Part shown: piece after piece, positions 1-9,290 of the stretch
Layout: each line of letters begins with the position of its first letter
Position numbering within the stretch: the first letter of the stretch is position 1
Assembly: GCA_009695045.1 (NCBI GenBank)
Contig: SIBS01000003.1
Location: forward strand, 10,561-74,560
Length of the DNA: 64,000 nucleotides
From: Candidatus Levyibacteriota bacterium
GTDB taxonomy: Bacteria; Patescibacteriota; Microgenomatia; Levybacterales; UBA12049
Direction: 5' to 3'
Translations under genes and position numbers: made by a program
The notes under the pieces: generated by a model
Databases searched by the model: none
What the model was told of the DNA's origin: nothing
What the model saw: only the letters and a program-made list of their open reading frames with translations

Positions 1-2
1 TA

Positions 3-107
3 ATAATAGGAACTTCAGAATTAAGCATGCAGACTCAAAATGAAAATCTTACAAAACAAGCTGAAGCATTTTATCAAGAATTACGAAAAAAAAGCATACC
101 ACTTTAA
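3..107 (+). CDS. 3' end of a CDS truncated by the window edge (IIGTSELSMQTQ...KKSIPL*)
   Basis: Open frame from position 3 to TAA at 105-107; product not recognisable. Confidence 0.4.
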   Translation: MIGTSELSMQTQNENLTKQAEAFYQELRKKSIPL

Positions 108-109
108 TC

Positions 110-138
110 TTGACATATTTTATAAACTTGATTAGGAT
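110..138 (+). promoter_or_regulatory. sigma70 promoter of the SIMPL gene (leaderless geometry)
   Basis: TTGACA(110-115)-17 nt-TAGGAT(133-138), ATG at 145. Confidence 0.7.
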
Positions 139-144
139 AAATAT

Positions 145-891
145 ATGCAAAAAACTCCTTTTGGAATTATTGTCTTCTTCTTTTTCTGTCTCTTTATTTA
201 CACAAAATTTATTGGACCTATTCCATTTTTTGTAAATAGCGTTCAGACAACAAAAACTGATTTTTTCAAAGTTCAAGGTACGGGTGAGGCAACTGCAGTA
301 CCAAATACAGCAGTTATAGTAATAGGTATTACAAAATCATCTAAAAATACCGTTGACGCACAAAAAGCAGTAAATATAGTCATGAATACAATTACAAAAG
401 ATCTAAAAAATCTTGGACTAGAAGATAAAGACATAAAAACTATAAATTATTCTATAAATCCTGATTATGATTCTTATCATATAAATGAAATAGAAAAACA
501 AAAAATAAAAAGTTACAGCGTTGCACAGGAAATAGAAATTAAAATTAAACCAATAGAAAAAGCAGAAAAAGCAATAGATATTGCAACAAAAAATGGAGCA
601 AATATAATAAATGGAGCAAGATTTATATTAGATGATAAAACAATAAAAGAATTACAAGAAAAAGCACAGAAAAAAGCTATTTCAAACGCAAAATTAAAAG
701 CAGAAAGCCTAGCAACGGCCACAGGACTACATCTTGGAAAAATAATAGATGTACAGATTCAAGAAAATCAACCAATATTTGCGATGAAAACCTTTAATAC
801 AGATACAATACTTGAAGGAGATACAACGAATCTTAATCCAGGAGAAAATAAAATAGAGATAACCATTACATTGTCATATGAACTTAGATAA
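145..891 (+). CDS. SIMPL (DUF541) domain protein
   Basis: N-terminal TM; VQGTGEATAVPNTA, DIKTINYSINPDY, AISNAKLKAESLA...LGKI, LNPGENKIEITITLSYEL are typical SIMPL segments. Confidence 0.85.
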   Translation: MQKTPFGIIVFFFFCLFIYTKFIGPIPFFVNSVQTTKTDFFKVQGTGEATAVPNTAVIVIGITKSSKNTVDAQKAVNIVMNTITKDLKNLGLEDKDIKTINYSINPDYDSYHINEIEKQKIKSYSVAQEIEIKIKPIEKAEKAIDIATKNGANIINGARFILDDKTIKELQEKAQKKAISNAKLKAESLATATGLHLGKIIDVQIQENQPIFAMKTFNTDTILEGDTTNLNPGENKIEITITLSYELR

Positions 892-934
892 TTATTTTTT
901 GAATGTCACACTACAATATGATATAATTATATGT

Positions 935-1114
935 ATGAATGAAAAAAAAGGAGAATTATCAAAAATTCTTGCCAATAGATTTGGATTAAATTCAGAGCTT
1001 ATTAATTCTTTAGCGTCAACTGGAAAAGCTCAAGACATATTAAGTGCAGCAGTAATATTATTTGATCTAAAAAGAATTACAAATAAAAACGATATTAAGA
1101 AAAAAGATAAATAA
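935..1114 (+). CDS. small hypothetical protein (likely start ATG 935, MNEKKGEL...)
   Basis: TTGAAT-17-TATAAT(922-927) directly upstream of ATG 935; fills the gap between SIMPL and xer. Confidence 0.5.
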   Translation: MNEKKGELSKILANRFGLNSELINSLASTGKAQDILSAAVILFDLKRITNKNDIKKKDK

Positions 1115-1123
1115 TTGTTACAG

Positions 1124-2056
1124 CTATTCATTTCCAGAATGAAAAGTCTTGTGAATATCTCTTAGCTGCTTATTTGTAACGTGTGTATAAATTTGAGTTG
1201 TCGCAATATTTTTATGACCCAGCATCTCCTGCACTGAGCGAATATCCGCACCATTAGTAAGCAGATCTGTAGCAAAAGAATGACGAAGTGTATGCACCGT
1301 AGCATCAACAGGTAACTTAGCAATTTTTACATATTTCTTAACTATACGTTCTATACTTCTTGCCGTTAGTCGCATTTTTTCTCCATTATCCTCATTACTC
1401 TCTTTACCTGAATATCGACGAAATAGGGGATAATAATCATCTTCTCTTGATGCTAAATATCTTTCTACCCATTCACATGCTCTATCAGAAATAAAAACAA
1501 CCCTAGCTCTACCTCCTTTACCGATAATGCCAAATTCGCGCCGTTCTGTATTTATTTGACCATGATTAAGTTTTACCAATTCAGATACTCTAAGTCCCGT
1601 AGAAAAAAGTAACTCAAATATTGCCCTATCTCGAATACCATCCTCTTTGGAAGTATCAATAGAAATAACCAACCTATCTATTTGCTCTCTATCTAAAAAT
1701 TTTAATGACCTACTTTCTGTTTTTGGCAATTCAATTCTAGATGGCTCTAATGTTTTATAATCGTTTTTAATTAAAAATCTCAAAAAAGAACGAAGAGCAA
1801 TTACATAATAATTTTGAGTTACTTTTTTAAGAGTTAATCCCTTTTCATTAATTCGATTTGCCAAGTAGACACGATATCTTCTTATTGTTATTAAATCTAA
1901 ATCTTCTATATTTTTATCTGGTAGAGTAGAGGATAGCCACTTATTAAAAGAGATTAAGTAATGTCTATAATCCCGAATTGTAAGCTTAGAACAATTTTTC
2001 TCAATTTCCATATGTTCAAGAAAATCATCGATTAATTTTGAAATAACTATATTCAT
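1124..2056 (-). CDS. xerC: Xer-family tyrosine recombinase (ORF track starts at 2074; ATG 2056 preferred)
   Basis: SAM-like N-domain; catalytic motifs TGLRVSEL, GKGGRAR, HTLRHSFAT, LGHKNIATTQIYTHV. xerC/xerD/xerA subtype cannot be decided by eye. Confidence 0.9.
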   Translation of the reverse strand: MNIVISKLIDDFLEHMEIEKNCSKLTIRDYRHYLISFNKWLSSTLPDKNIEDLDLITIRRYRVYLANRINEKGLTLKKVTQNYYVIALRSFLRFLIKNDYKTLEPSRIELPKTESRSLKFLDREQIDRLVISIDTSKEDGIRDRAIFELLFSTGLRVSELVKLNHGQINTERREFGIIGKGGRARVVFISDRACEWVERYLASREDDYYPLFRRYSGKESNEDNGEKMRLTARSIERIVKKYVKIAKLPVDATVHTLRHSFATDLLTNGADIRSVQEMLGHKNIATTQIYTHVTNKQLRDIHKTFHSGNE

Positions 2057-2062
2057 ATATAT

Positions 2063-2091
2063 ATTGTGCGACATATAAAGAACGTTGTCAA
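2063..2091 (-). promoter_or_regulatory. xer promoter overlapped by a dif half-site
   Basis: Minus strand TTGACA(2091-2086)-17-CACAAT(2068-2063)-6 nt-ATG 2056; + strand TTGTGCGACATA (2064-2075) matches the dif arm TTATGCGACATA at 11/12. Confidence 0.65.
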
Positions 2092-2157
2092 ATATAGTAA
2101 TTTATAAAATATATCCCTGATTGACAAGGCTTAAAAGACTGCTACAATGTGAAATAT

Positions 2158-3114
2158 ATGGACAATAAAAAAATAAATTTTATTCCAAATAAAACTCATT
2201 TTCTATTAGATAGTGGTGATCCTGAAGAATATGATGAAATCGGAAAACTCGCCAAAGTTAGAGGTAGTGAAATATGGGGATCCACAACAAATCCTAGTCT
2301 TATTGCAAAAAAATTATCTTCAGAAAATAAAAGACTTACTACGAAAGAGGCATTTAAATTACAAAAACAGATAGTAATGCAGATTGTTCAAATTGTGCCA
2401 GGACCAGTTTCCGCGGAAGTATACGCAGATCATACAACTTCATCAAAAAACATGATTAAACAAGGACAAGAAATATCAACATGGCATGAACGAGTGGTCG
2501 TAAAACTTCCAACAACTATCGAAGGATTTAAGGCGCGAACAGAACTTCGAAAAAAAGGCATCTGCACAAATAATACTCTCGTATTTTCTCAACAACAAAT
2601 CTTTGCTATTTGTCTACATGAGCAACTCATTCAAAAAAAATATGGTCCAACCAATAATATTTACCCACCATTCATTTCGCCATTCGTAGGCAGACTAGAT
2701 GATATTGGCCAAAATGGTATGCAATTAGTTGATAATGGTATGCAAATAAAAGAGCATTTTAAGACATACTTATCAAAATTACCATTTTCCATCTGGATGC
2801 TCGAAGCATCTGTAAGATCAATTGATCATATAAAGCTTGGCATATTAGCTAAAAGCGAGCTTATTACCGCTCCTGCAAAATTATATAAAGAATGGTTTGC
2901 ATTATCAAATAAAGAACAAGAATCAGCTCCCGACAAGATTAATTCAACGCTAAGAGAATTAGAATATTGGCAAGCACCAAGCGAAATAAATGGAATTGAC
3001 TCACTAGACAAATTATTTGAAGCAATTACGACTAATAGGCTTAATGTTCTACACGAGCTTACCAATCAAGGAATAGATAAATTTGTTGCCGATTGGAAAA
3101 ACATACTTTCCTAA
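2158..3114 (+). CDS. tal: transaldolase family protein (GTG 2149 or ATG 2158 start)
   Basis: LLDSGD, GSTTNPSLIAK, GPVSAEV, VVKLPTT, NNTLVFS, ISPFVGRLDD, EASVR motifs; promoter TTGACA(2121)-16-TACAAT(2143). Confidence 0.85.
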   Translation: MDNKKINFIPNKTHFLLDSGDPEEYDEIGKLAKVRGSEIWGSTTNPSLIAKKLSSENKRLTTKEAFKLQKQIVMQIVQIVPGPVSAEVYADHTTSSKNMIKQGQEISTWHERVVVKLPTTIEGFKARTELRKKGICTNNTLVFSQQQIFAICLHEQLIQKKYGPTNNIYPPFISPFVGRLDDIGQNGMQLVDNGMQIKEHFKTYLSKLPFSIWMLEASVRSIDHIKLGILAKSELITAPAKLYKEWFALSNKEQESAPDKINSTLRELEYWQAPSEINGIDSLDKLFEAITTNRLNVLHELTNQGIDKFVADWKNILS

Positions 3115-3361
3115 ATCCCAACATAGTCATATGCTATATTGAATAACTATGAACAATGAAAAAGATATCTCCAATTAAATTAATAAAAAAACCTCACGTA
3201 GGGAATACGCTTAATAACTTGATAGTAATTAAATTTAAAAACTATCAAAAAATTTCCCTAAAAATGAATATAAAATAAAAATTAAACACACATATATATC
3301 GCTGACAATATAAAATCGCATAATATTTGACTTTAACATAAATCATACATATAATTTAGCC

Positions 3362-3892
3362 ATGAAATCAGAAAATCTCAATATAATGAAACGTAAAGAA
3401 CTAGCAGCTCATATTCTGAGTGCCTCTATTTTTGGCGCCATATCACTTAGAGCCATTCAATCGCTTTCTAGCATAGAAGCTGTGACTCCGATAAATAATC
3501 CTATTACGCCTACCGAAACTATACCAATTTATCCATCTTTATACGGAAAATATTTTAAAAATGAAAATAAAGAAACAATTTTTATTGATAGCCCCAATGA
3601 AGTAATAACAATAAAAAAATTAAAAACCATAAGTGGAGGTAGTCAATTTGAAAAAGTTATTATCAGAAATAAACCATTTACTGGTGACGTAGGTATAGAC
3701 GATATAACTATGGATCCAGATGTAAATATTACTAATTTAGTTCTTGCAAGAGTAATTGGATCCTCTTATGGATTAAATACAGATATTATTAGAAATAGAT
3801 ATATAAAAAATCCAGATAATATAAAAACTGAAATTAATGTTGGGACTTGGTATGAATTTGGTATATTAAAAAATAATAAATTTATTCAGTAG
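3362..3892 (+). CDS. hypothetical exported/membrane-anchored protein
   Basis: 176-aa ORF with N-terminal hydrophobic segment and Pro/Thr linker; promoter TTGACT-17-TATAAT ends 6 nt before ATG. Confidence 0.65.
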   Translation: MKSENLNIMKRKELAAHILSASIFGAISLRAIQSLSSIEAVTPINNPITPTETIPIYPSLYGKYFKNENKETIFIDSPNEVITIKKLKTISGGSQFEKVIIRNKPFTGDVGIDDITMDPDVNITNLVLARVIGSSYGLNTDIIRNRYIKNPDNIKTEINVGTWYEFGILKNNKFIQ

Positions 3893-4106
3893 ATCCTCGC
3901 ACATCCATATCTAATGAATTTCAGCGTTATTTTATTTCAAGAGATTCTTTTATTGATGGACCAATTATCCAGCTCCCAACACCGCCTTATAATAATAAAT
4001 AATTAATCTCACTTATGCTCCCCTAATGAGAAATTCGAATAGGGGAAGACGTTGAGAGTTTTCATAGAAAAATTACAGTATTAATATATATTTTAAAGCT
4101 AATTTA

Positions 4107-4790
4107 TGTGAAAATGAAGCTAATAATTCTACTTACTAAGTCCTATAGTAGGGAAGTGCAAAAATACTTACTTATTAGATAATATAAGAAGAATATAGCC
4201 ACAATATAGTTTGATAATTATAAATTATATCTTAATATTGAATCTAAATAAGCGATTTTTAACCCCTCTCATTAATGCCAACCACTACATTATGTCGCAA
4301 AAGTTATATTATGCGACATAACTAATTATAACTCCCTAACGCTCTAATAACACCATATTTTAGTATTGATATAGCGCACACAAGACTCACATAGCAAGGA
4401 AGTCAATATACCAATCAAGCGACAACTATACCTCGAATATTGAACATATGTAGATCTTAAAGGATTATCTATTGTCATAGACAATCCTACGCCCTTTCTC
4501 TAATATGTATGCATCAGTGCTGTGAAAATTCAAACATCTAATATATAAGTCTGTATTTTAGCCTCATTTCTGTGAAAAGTGAAGCTACACATGAATATGT
4601 TTCGTATTTTTTTCAAATTTTATTATGATTAAATACGATTAAATAGGTATCATCCTCTAATAGGCATAGATCAACCTGAGCTCATGATTAATATAGCAAA
4701 AGAAATATACTATTAATTCCATAATTAATTTTGAAGCCATTTATTCCTGTGAAAAATATACCCTAAGCCTTGTGAAAATTCTTATCCACA
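4107..4790. repeat. cluster of DnaA-box-like TGTGAAAA motifs plus one perfect TTATCCACA
   Basis: TGTGAAAA at 4107, 4521, 4571, 4748 and 4771; TTATCCACA at 4782-4790 is inverted relative to the 4771 copy; the 4748 copy reads TTTTTCACA on the minus strand (TTWTNCACA consensus). Confidence 0.6.
4290..4321. other. dif-like Xer recombination site with palindromic arms
   Basis: ATGTCGCAAAA(4292-4302)-GTTATA-TTATGCGACAT(4309-4319): 11-6-11 geometry as in E. coli dif (GGTGCGCATAA-TGTATA-TTATGTTAAAT); 2.2 kb from the xer gene. Confidence 0.8.
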
Positions 4791-4961
4791 CAGCTTAATA
4801 TTTTGTGATTAAATTAATATATCAGACTATATCAAATTCTTACAAACATTATAGGCTATTTATTATAGATAATTACCGAATGAAACCTACCTCACTCCTC
4901 TACTCTTTGATATCTAAAAAAATAATTTTCTTTATATAATTTAATTATAAATAAAATTAAA

Positions 4962-5798
4962 TTATCCACGCCATGGTGTAAAAAAGATAAGCATAAAAAA
5001 TACTAAAGCACCTACCCAAATATACTCCCACATCACTCCTCTAAATAATCGCCTATCAAACCATGCATGAGAAAGACCAATAATTGTATAAAAAATTCCG
5101 GTCAAAAATAAAGAAATAAGTGTCGGAGTACTTGGCCAAAACCAAAGCACAATTGAGAGTTCAAAAAGACATAGTGCCAATACGGTAACCCAATTTATAG
5201 TCTTAATAATTGATTTTTCAAATGTTACTGCAATTGATTGAAAAGCTGCCATAAATGAGAAGAGAAAAATAAACAATGAAGATATATATACCGACAAATG
5301 AAGCGTAAGAATTACTGTTATTAAAAAATAATAAGATATAAGTGTAGTAGCCAGAGATACGATTCTAGCACCAGATAACAATGGGATCGTGCGAAGTGAT
5401 GCAACAATAAAAATATTTTGACTCAAATATAAAGAGTACAATCCAACTGCGTAAATTACAGTCATTAAAAATCTAGATAAAAATCTAGGTGGAGTAAGAA
5501 AATAAAATAAACCAGTAGCTAATGTATAAAAAAATAATGGGAATAAATATACATATAGAGATCTGTTTCCTTTAAGCTCATCCCGTATAGAAAAGAAAAA
5601 TAATAAAGATGAAAGTAAAGAAAGAAAGAGCGTGATTAAAAATCCAGATTTACCAAAAAATTGCTCTGAAAAGAATAATCCAAATGAAAGTATGATTATT
5701 GAAATAATAAAACGTTGTCTTTTTGTAAAATAAAATTTATCAAAAATTGATATATTAAAAATCCCATTACCTAATAAAGAAAACTTTTTTTTTGCCAT
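4962..5798 (-). CDS. conserved multi-pass membrane protein (DUF5656-like)
   Basis: About 9 TM segments; RTIPLL, FWP and EY motifs; follows yebC. Confidence 0.6.
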   Translation of the reverse strand: MAKKKFSLLGNGIFNISIFDKFYFTKRQRFIISIIILSFGLFFSEQFFGKSGFLITLFLSLLSSLLFFFSIRDELKGNRSLYVYLFPLFFYTLATGLFYFLTPPRFLSRFLMTVIYAVGLYSLYLSQNIFIVASLRTIPLLSGARIVSLATTLISYYFLITVILTLHLSVYISSLFIFLFSFMAAFQSIAVTFEKSIIKTINWVTVLALCLFELSIVLWFWPSTPTLISLFLTGIFYTIIGLSHAWFDRRLFRGVMWEYIWVGALVFFMLIFFTPWRG

Positions 5799-5820
5799 AA
5801 TATATGCCTAGTAAATTATA

Positions 5821-6570
5821 CTAGCCTAATGTCTTCATGATTTCATCTAAAATATCAAAATTAGCATAAACCTTTTGCACATCATCTAATGCTTCTATTT
5901 TTTCAATAAAAAAAAATAGTTTTTGAGCTGTTTCCATATCAGTAATTTGAACTGTAATATTAGGACGCCTTGTGAGCTCTGAATCAGTAATTTTTATTTT
6001 ATTACTCAAATTATCACGAATTTTCCCTAGTTCATCAGGCTTTGTATAGATAAGAACTTCCCCGCTTAATTCCTCTATATCTTCTGCTCCAGCATCTGCT
6101 GCTATAAGAAATAAATCATCGAGAGATGATTTATCATTTTCTGCAGTTATTAATCCCTTCTGATCAAATCTATATAAAACTGTGCCCTGATTAGCCATGG
6201 TTCCACCATTTTTTTCTATAATATTTTTTATTTCTGGGCCTGTTCTCATTTTATTATCTGTTGTTGCTTCAATAATAATTCCTATTCCGCCAAAAGCAAA
6301 TGCTTCATATATTACGCTCTCCATTTCATTTGCCTGTTTTCCTGATGCCCTTACAATGGCACGCTCAATATTTTCCTTAGGCATATTTATCCCTCTTGCT
6401 TTTTCAATCATTAATCTAAGCCTGAAGTTAATTGCAGGATCAGATACTCCCCCACCTTGTCTTACTGCTACGGTAATTGCATTTGCAAGTTTTGTAAATG
6501 CCTGACCTCTTTTTATATCAGTTACACCTTTTTGCCTTTTTATTTGTTTCCATTTTGAATGTCCACTCAT
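5821..6570 (-). CDS. yebC: YebC/PmpR family protein
   Basis: MSGHSKW, NMPKENIERAI, LDDVQKVYANF. Confidence 0.95.
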   Translation of the reverse strand: MSGHSKWKQIKRQKGVTDIKRGQAFTKLANAITVAVRQGGGVSDPAINFRLRLMIEKARGINMPKENIERAIVRASGKQANEMESVIYEAFAFGGIGIIIEATTDNKMRTGPEIKNIIEKNGGTMANQGTVLYRFDQKGLITAENDKSSLDDLFLIAADAGAEDIEELSGEVLIYTKPDELGKIRDNLSNKIKITDSELTRRPNITVQITDMETAQKLFFFIEKIEALDDVQKVYANFDILDEIMKTLG

Positions 6571-6712
6571 AATTATATTTTAAATTTTACAGAAAATTAG
6601 TACTAAATTTTAATGGCTCAGAAGATATATTATACTCTTTTCCCATTGACTTTTGCAAAAAATGTATGTAGAATTTTCAACAATATAATAAACATTTATT
6701 AGGCACTATATT

Positions 6713-7435
6713 ATGTCCTCAATTAAAAATCAAGCGATTGAAACAGCTCTTACGGGTAACTGGGAAAAAGCAATTGCGTTAAACCAAGAACTACTTAAAG
6801 ATAACCCCCAAGACACTGAAGCACTAAACAGATTAGCATTTGCATTAAATGCAAAAAGAGAAACAAAAGAGGCAAAAAAAATATATCAACAGGTATTAGA
6901 AATTGACATGCTCAATAAAATTGCGATACGAGGATTAAAGAGAATTTCTGATTCATGGAACAATGAGATAGACATAAACAATACTTATCCAATTATCACA
7001 AGTAATTTATTTATAGAAGAAACTGGAAAAACAAAAGTTATCGAGCTCATTCATACAGAGCAAAAAATTACCTCATCGCTTCATATAGGGGAAAGGGTTT
7101 TATTATCTATCAAAAGATTAAAAATATTTATTCATGATGATAAAAAGAGATACGCCGGCACAATTCCAGATAATATAGGAAAAAGGTTAGTCAAGTTATT
7201 ATCTGGAGGGAATATCTATGAAGCATTTGTAAAATCTCTTGAAAATAATCATATTACAGTTTTTATAAGAGAGATTAAAAGATCTGATAAATTCCTGAAT
7301 CAACCGTCATTCATAAATGATCAAAAAAAATTTGTTTTACAAAAAAATACTACACCCATATTGAAGAAAAAATCTAAAAAAATAGAGGAGGATATAGAAG
7401 AAGATTATTCAGAAGAAGTAGATGAAGTTCTTTAA
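6713..7435 (+). CDS. TPR-containing protein
   Basis: N-terminal TPRs (WEKAIALNQELL, ALNRLAFA), FIEETGKTKVIEL, acidic tail; promoter TTGACT-17-TAGAAT near 6646-6674. Confidence 0.75.
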   Translation: MSSIKNQAIETALTGNWEKAIALNQELLKDNPQDTEALNRLAFALNAKRETKEAKKIYQQVLEIDMLNKIAIRGLKRISDSWNNEIDINNTYPIITSNLFIEETGKTKVIELIHTEQKITSSLHIGERVLLSIKRLKIFIHDDKKRYAGTIPDNIGKRLVKLLSGGNIYEAFVKSLENNHITVFIREIKRSDKFLNQPSFINDQKKFVLQKNTTPILKKKSKKIEEDIEEDYSEEVDEVL

Positions 7436-7452
7436 CTAGCAATATTAAAATA

Positions 7453-8286
7453 TTAAAACAGCAGATTAGATAAATTATTTTTTCCTATAAAAATAGTTAC
7501 ATCTGAAATATCCATATTATCTTTATTATTAATTTTAAAAGAAAGTATTTGTGCAATTCTTCGAGCAGTATAATTATTCTCTTTTGAATATAGAATTTCA
7601 GAATCAGAAATTAAATTATCAGAAGTAGAAACCGACACAACATTTCCACCAATATTAGTTATAAGTCTTGCGATTCTATTTCCAAGTCCCGCAACACCGG
7701 TGCCATTAACAATCGCTATACTTATTTTTTCCCGCACTATTTCTCTATCGGTGAACAAAAAAGAAGTTATTCTATCAAGGGATAAATCGTCTAATGGGAG
7801 GACTATCTCCCTAGTAATGATGCTATGAGATGAAATACCAGAAGCATAGAAACATAAACGAATTAAATCTACAAATGTAACATTAGTTTCCCTTCGATTG
7901 AAAAGTAAGTTTTTGATTTCTCTTATTACTTCATCTCTATTTTTTCCAAAACTATTTTTAAAAATTGCTAGACTAGTGGGAACAACATATCCATCAATTG
8001 GAGCCTTAATATAATATCCTAATTTTTTGGGGTCTAATTTACCAGAAATATGCATTATAGTTATTGTTCCCTTATCTGGGGATAAAGAAAATAATGTTGC
8101 TTTTTTTTCTGATAAATCTTTAGTGTATGTCAATAAATTAAAGGTATGCAATCCATCAAATTTACTTTTTAAAATGATGGTTATTAACTTAAATAAAAAA
8201 GAAATCCCAATAAAAATTGTTAATCCTATGAAAAATATAGCAACTATTTTAAGATTATTTTTATCTGAGACTCTTTGTGGAATCAT
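7453..8286 (-). CDS. membrane-anchored LytR C-terminal domain protein
   Basis: N-terminal TM; IAIVNGTGVAGLGNRIARLI...SDVTIFIGK. Confidence 0.8.
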   Translation of the reverse strand: MIPQRVSDKNNLKIVAIFFIGLTIFIGISFLFKLITIILKSKFDGLHTFNLLTYTKDLSEKKATLFSLSPDKGTITIMHISGKLDPKKLGYYIKAPIDGYVVPTSLAIFKNSFGKNRDEVIREIKNLLFNRRETNVTFVDLIRLCFYASGISSHSIITREIVLPLDDLSLDRITSFLFTDREIVREKISIAIVNGTGVAGLGNRIARLITNIGGNVVSVSTSDNLISDSEILYSKENNYTARRIAQILSFKINNKDNMDISDVTIFIGKNNLSNLLF

Positions 8287-8420
8287 TCGTCTTTTCGCTT
8301 TTTTTCAATCATCTTAGGAAGAGAGAAAACAGGCGCAGTTGAAATTTCGATGCTTTTATTATTTTTTCCTTTTTTTGGTTTCTTTTTTTCCCCTTTATAA
8401 AATCCTCCAAAACTTCCCAT
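8283..8420 (-). CDS. 45-aa Lys-rich small protein absent from the ORF track (MGSFGGFYKGEKKKPKKGK...KRKDE)
   Basis: Intact ATG(8420)-TGA(8283) frame, coupled to the next gene by an ATGA overlap. Confidence 0.65.
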   Translation of the reverse strand: MGSFGGFYKGEKKKPKKGKNNKSIEISTAPVFSLPKMIEKKRKDE

Positions 8421-8510
8421 AATTACTCATCTCCGTAATATAATACTAATATAGCTTGAATAAAAATGCAAATCTTATCAACATATAAAAAAGTATTCTT
8501 AAATCTTGAT

Positions 8511-9290
8511 TTACTGCTTCTTCTTTAAGCTTCTGAGAAATTGATCTAAATCCTTTGGTAGCGGGCTCTGAAAAATCACTTCCGCTTTAGTTTTTGGGTG
8601 ATAAAATTGAATCTTTGCTGCATGAAGAAACATACGAGATAATAATTTTCTATCTTGATTCATTGTCTTTCTTCCAGCATAAAGTGGATCTGAGAATATC
8701 GGATGATTCAAATGTTTTAAGTGAACTCTAATCTGATGAGTTCTGCCAGTTTTGGGATAAATCTCAACTAATGAAAGCTGTTCTCCTTTTCTCCCTAAAT
8801 CTAAATATTTAATTTCTAGTACTTTATAATTAGTTACAGATTCCCTACCACCAGCAATAACACCAAAATGAGTTCTATTCCATGGAAGACGACCAATTGG
8901 CACATTAATTTCTCCTTCTGAAGGCTCCAATAATCCATGAGCCAATGCAAGATATGTTTTCGCTATTACTCTTTCCTTAAATTGTCTTTGTAAATCAATA
9001 AATGTAGATTCATTTTTTGCAACTAAAAGAACTCCTGAAGTTTCTTTATCAATTCTGTGCACAATCCCAGATCGTTTATGAAAATCAGAATCTTTATCTT
9101 CAGGAATTCGATTAGTTAAAATATTAATAGTCTCATTATTATAAAATTTTAAAAATGAAAATTTATTCTCAACCCACTCCTGAATAGTTTCTTCATGGAT
9201 AGTCGTATCAGACTCATTTACAATAATACCAGATGGCTTATCTAAAACAACTATATCTGCATCTTCAAAAATTATTGAAATTTCCACCAT
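8511..9290 (-). CDS. rluD: RluA/RluD family pseudouridine synthase
   Basis: DKPSG, GIVHRIDKETSG, KTGRTHQIRVH, RMFLHA; no S4 domain. Confidence 0.9.
   Translation of the reverse strand: MVEISIIFEDADIVVLDKPSGIIVNESDTTIHEETIQEWVENKFSFLKFYNNETINILTNRIPEDKDSDFHKRSGIVHRIDKETSGVLLVAKNESTFIDLQRQFKERVIAKTYLALAHGLLEPSEGEINVPIGRLPWNRTHFGVIAGGRESVTNYKVLEIKYLDLGRKGEQLSLVEIYPKTGRTHQIRVHLKHLNHPIFSDPLYAGRKTMNQDRKLLSRMFLHAAKIQFYHPKTKAEVIFQSPLPKDLDQFLRSLKKKQ

Noticed and set aside
1124-2074. Tyrosine recombinase as a prophage or island integrase
   Set aside because: Xer-like length and motifs, no arm-binding domain, no phage genes nearby, and a matching dif-like site
3893-4961. CRISPR array or structured RNA in the long intergenic gap
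   Set aside because: Repeats are 8-17 bp and irregularly spaced; no cas genes; no recognisable tmRNA, RNase P or SRP motifs
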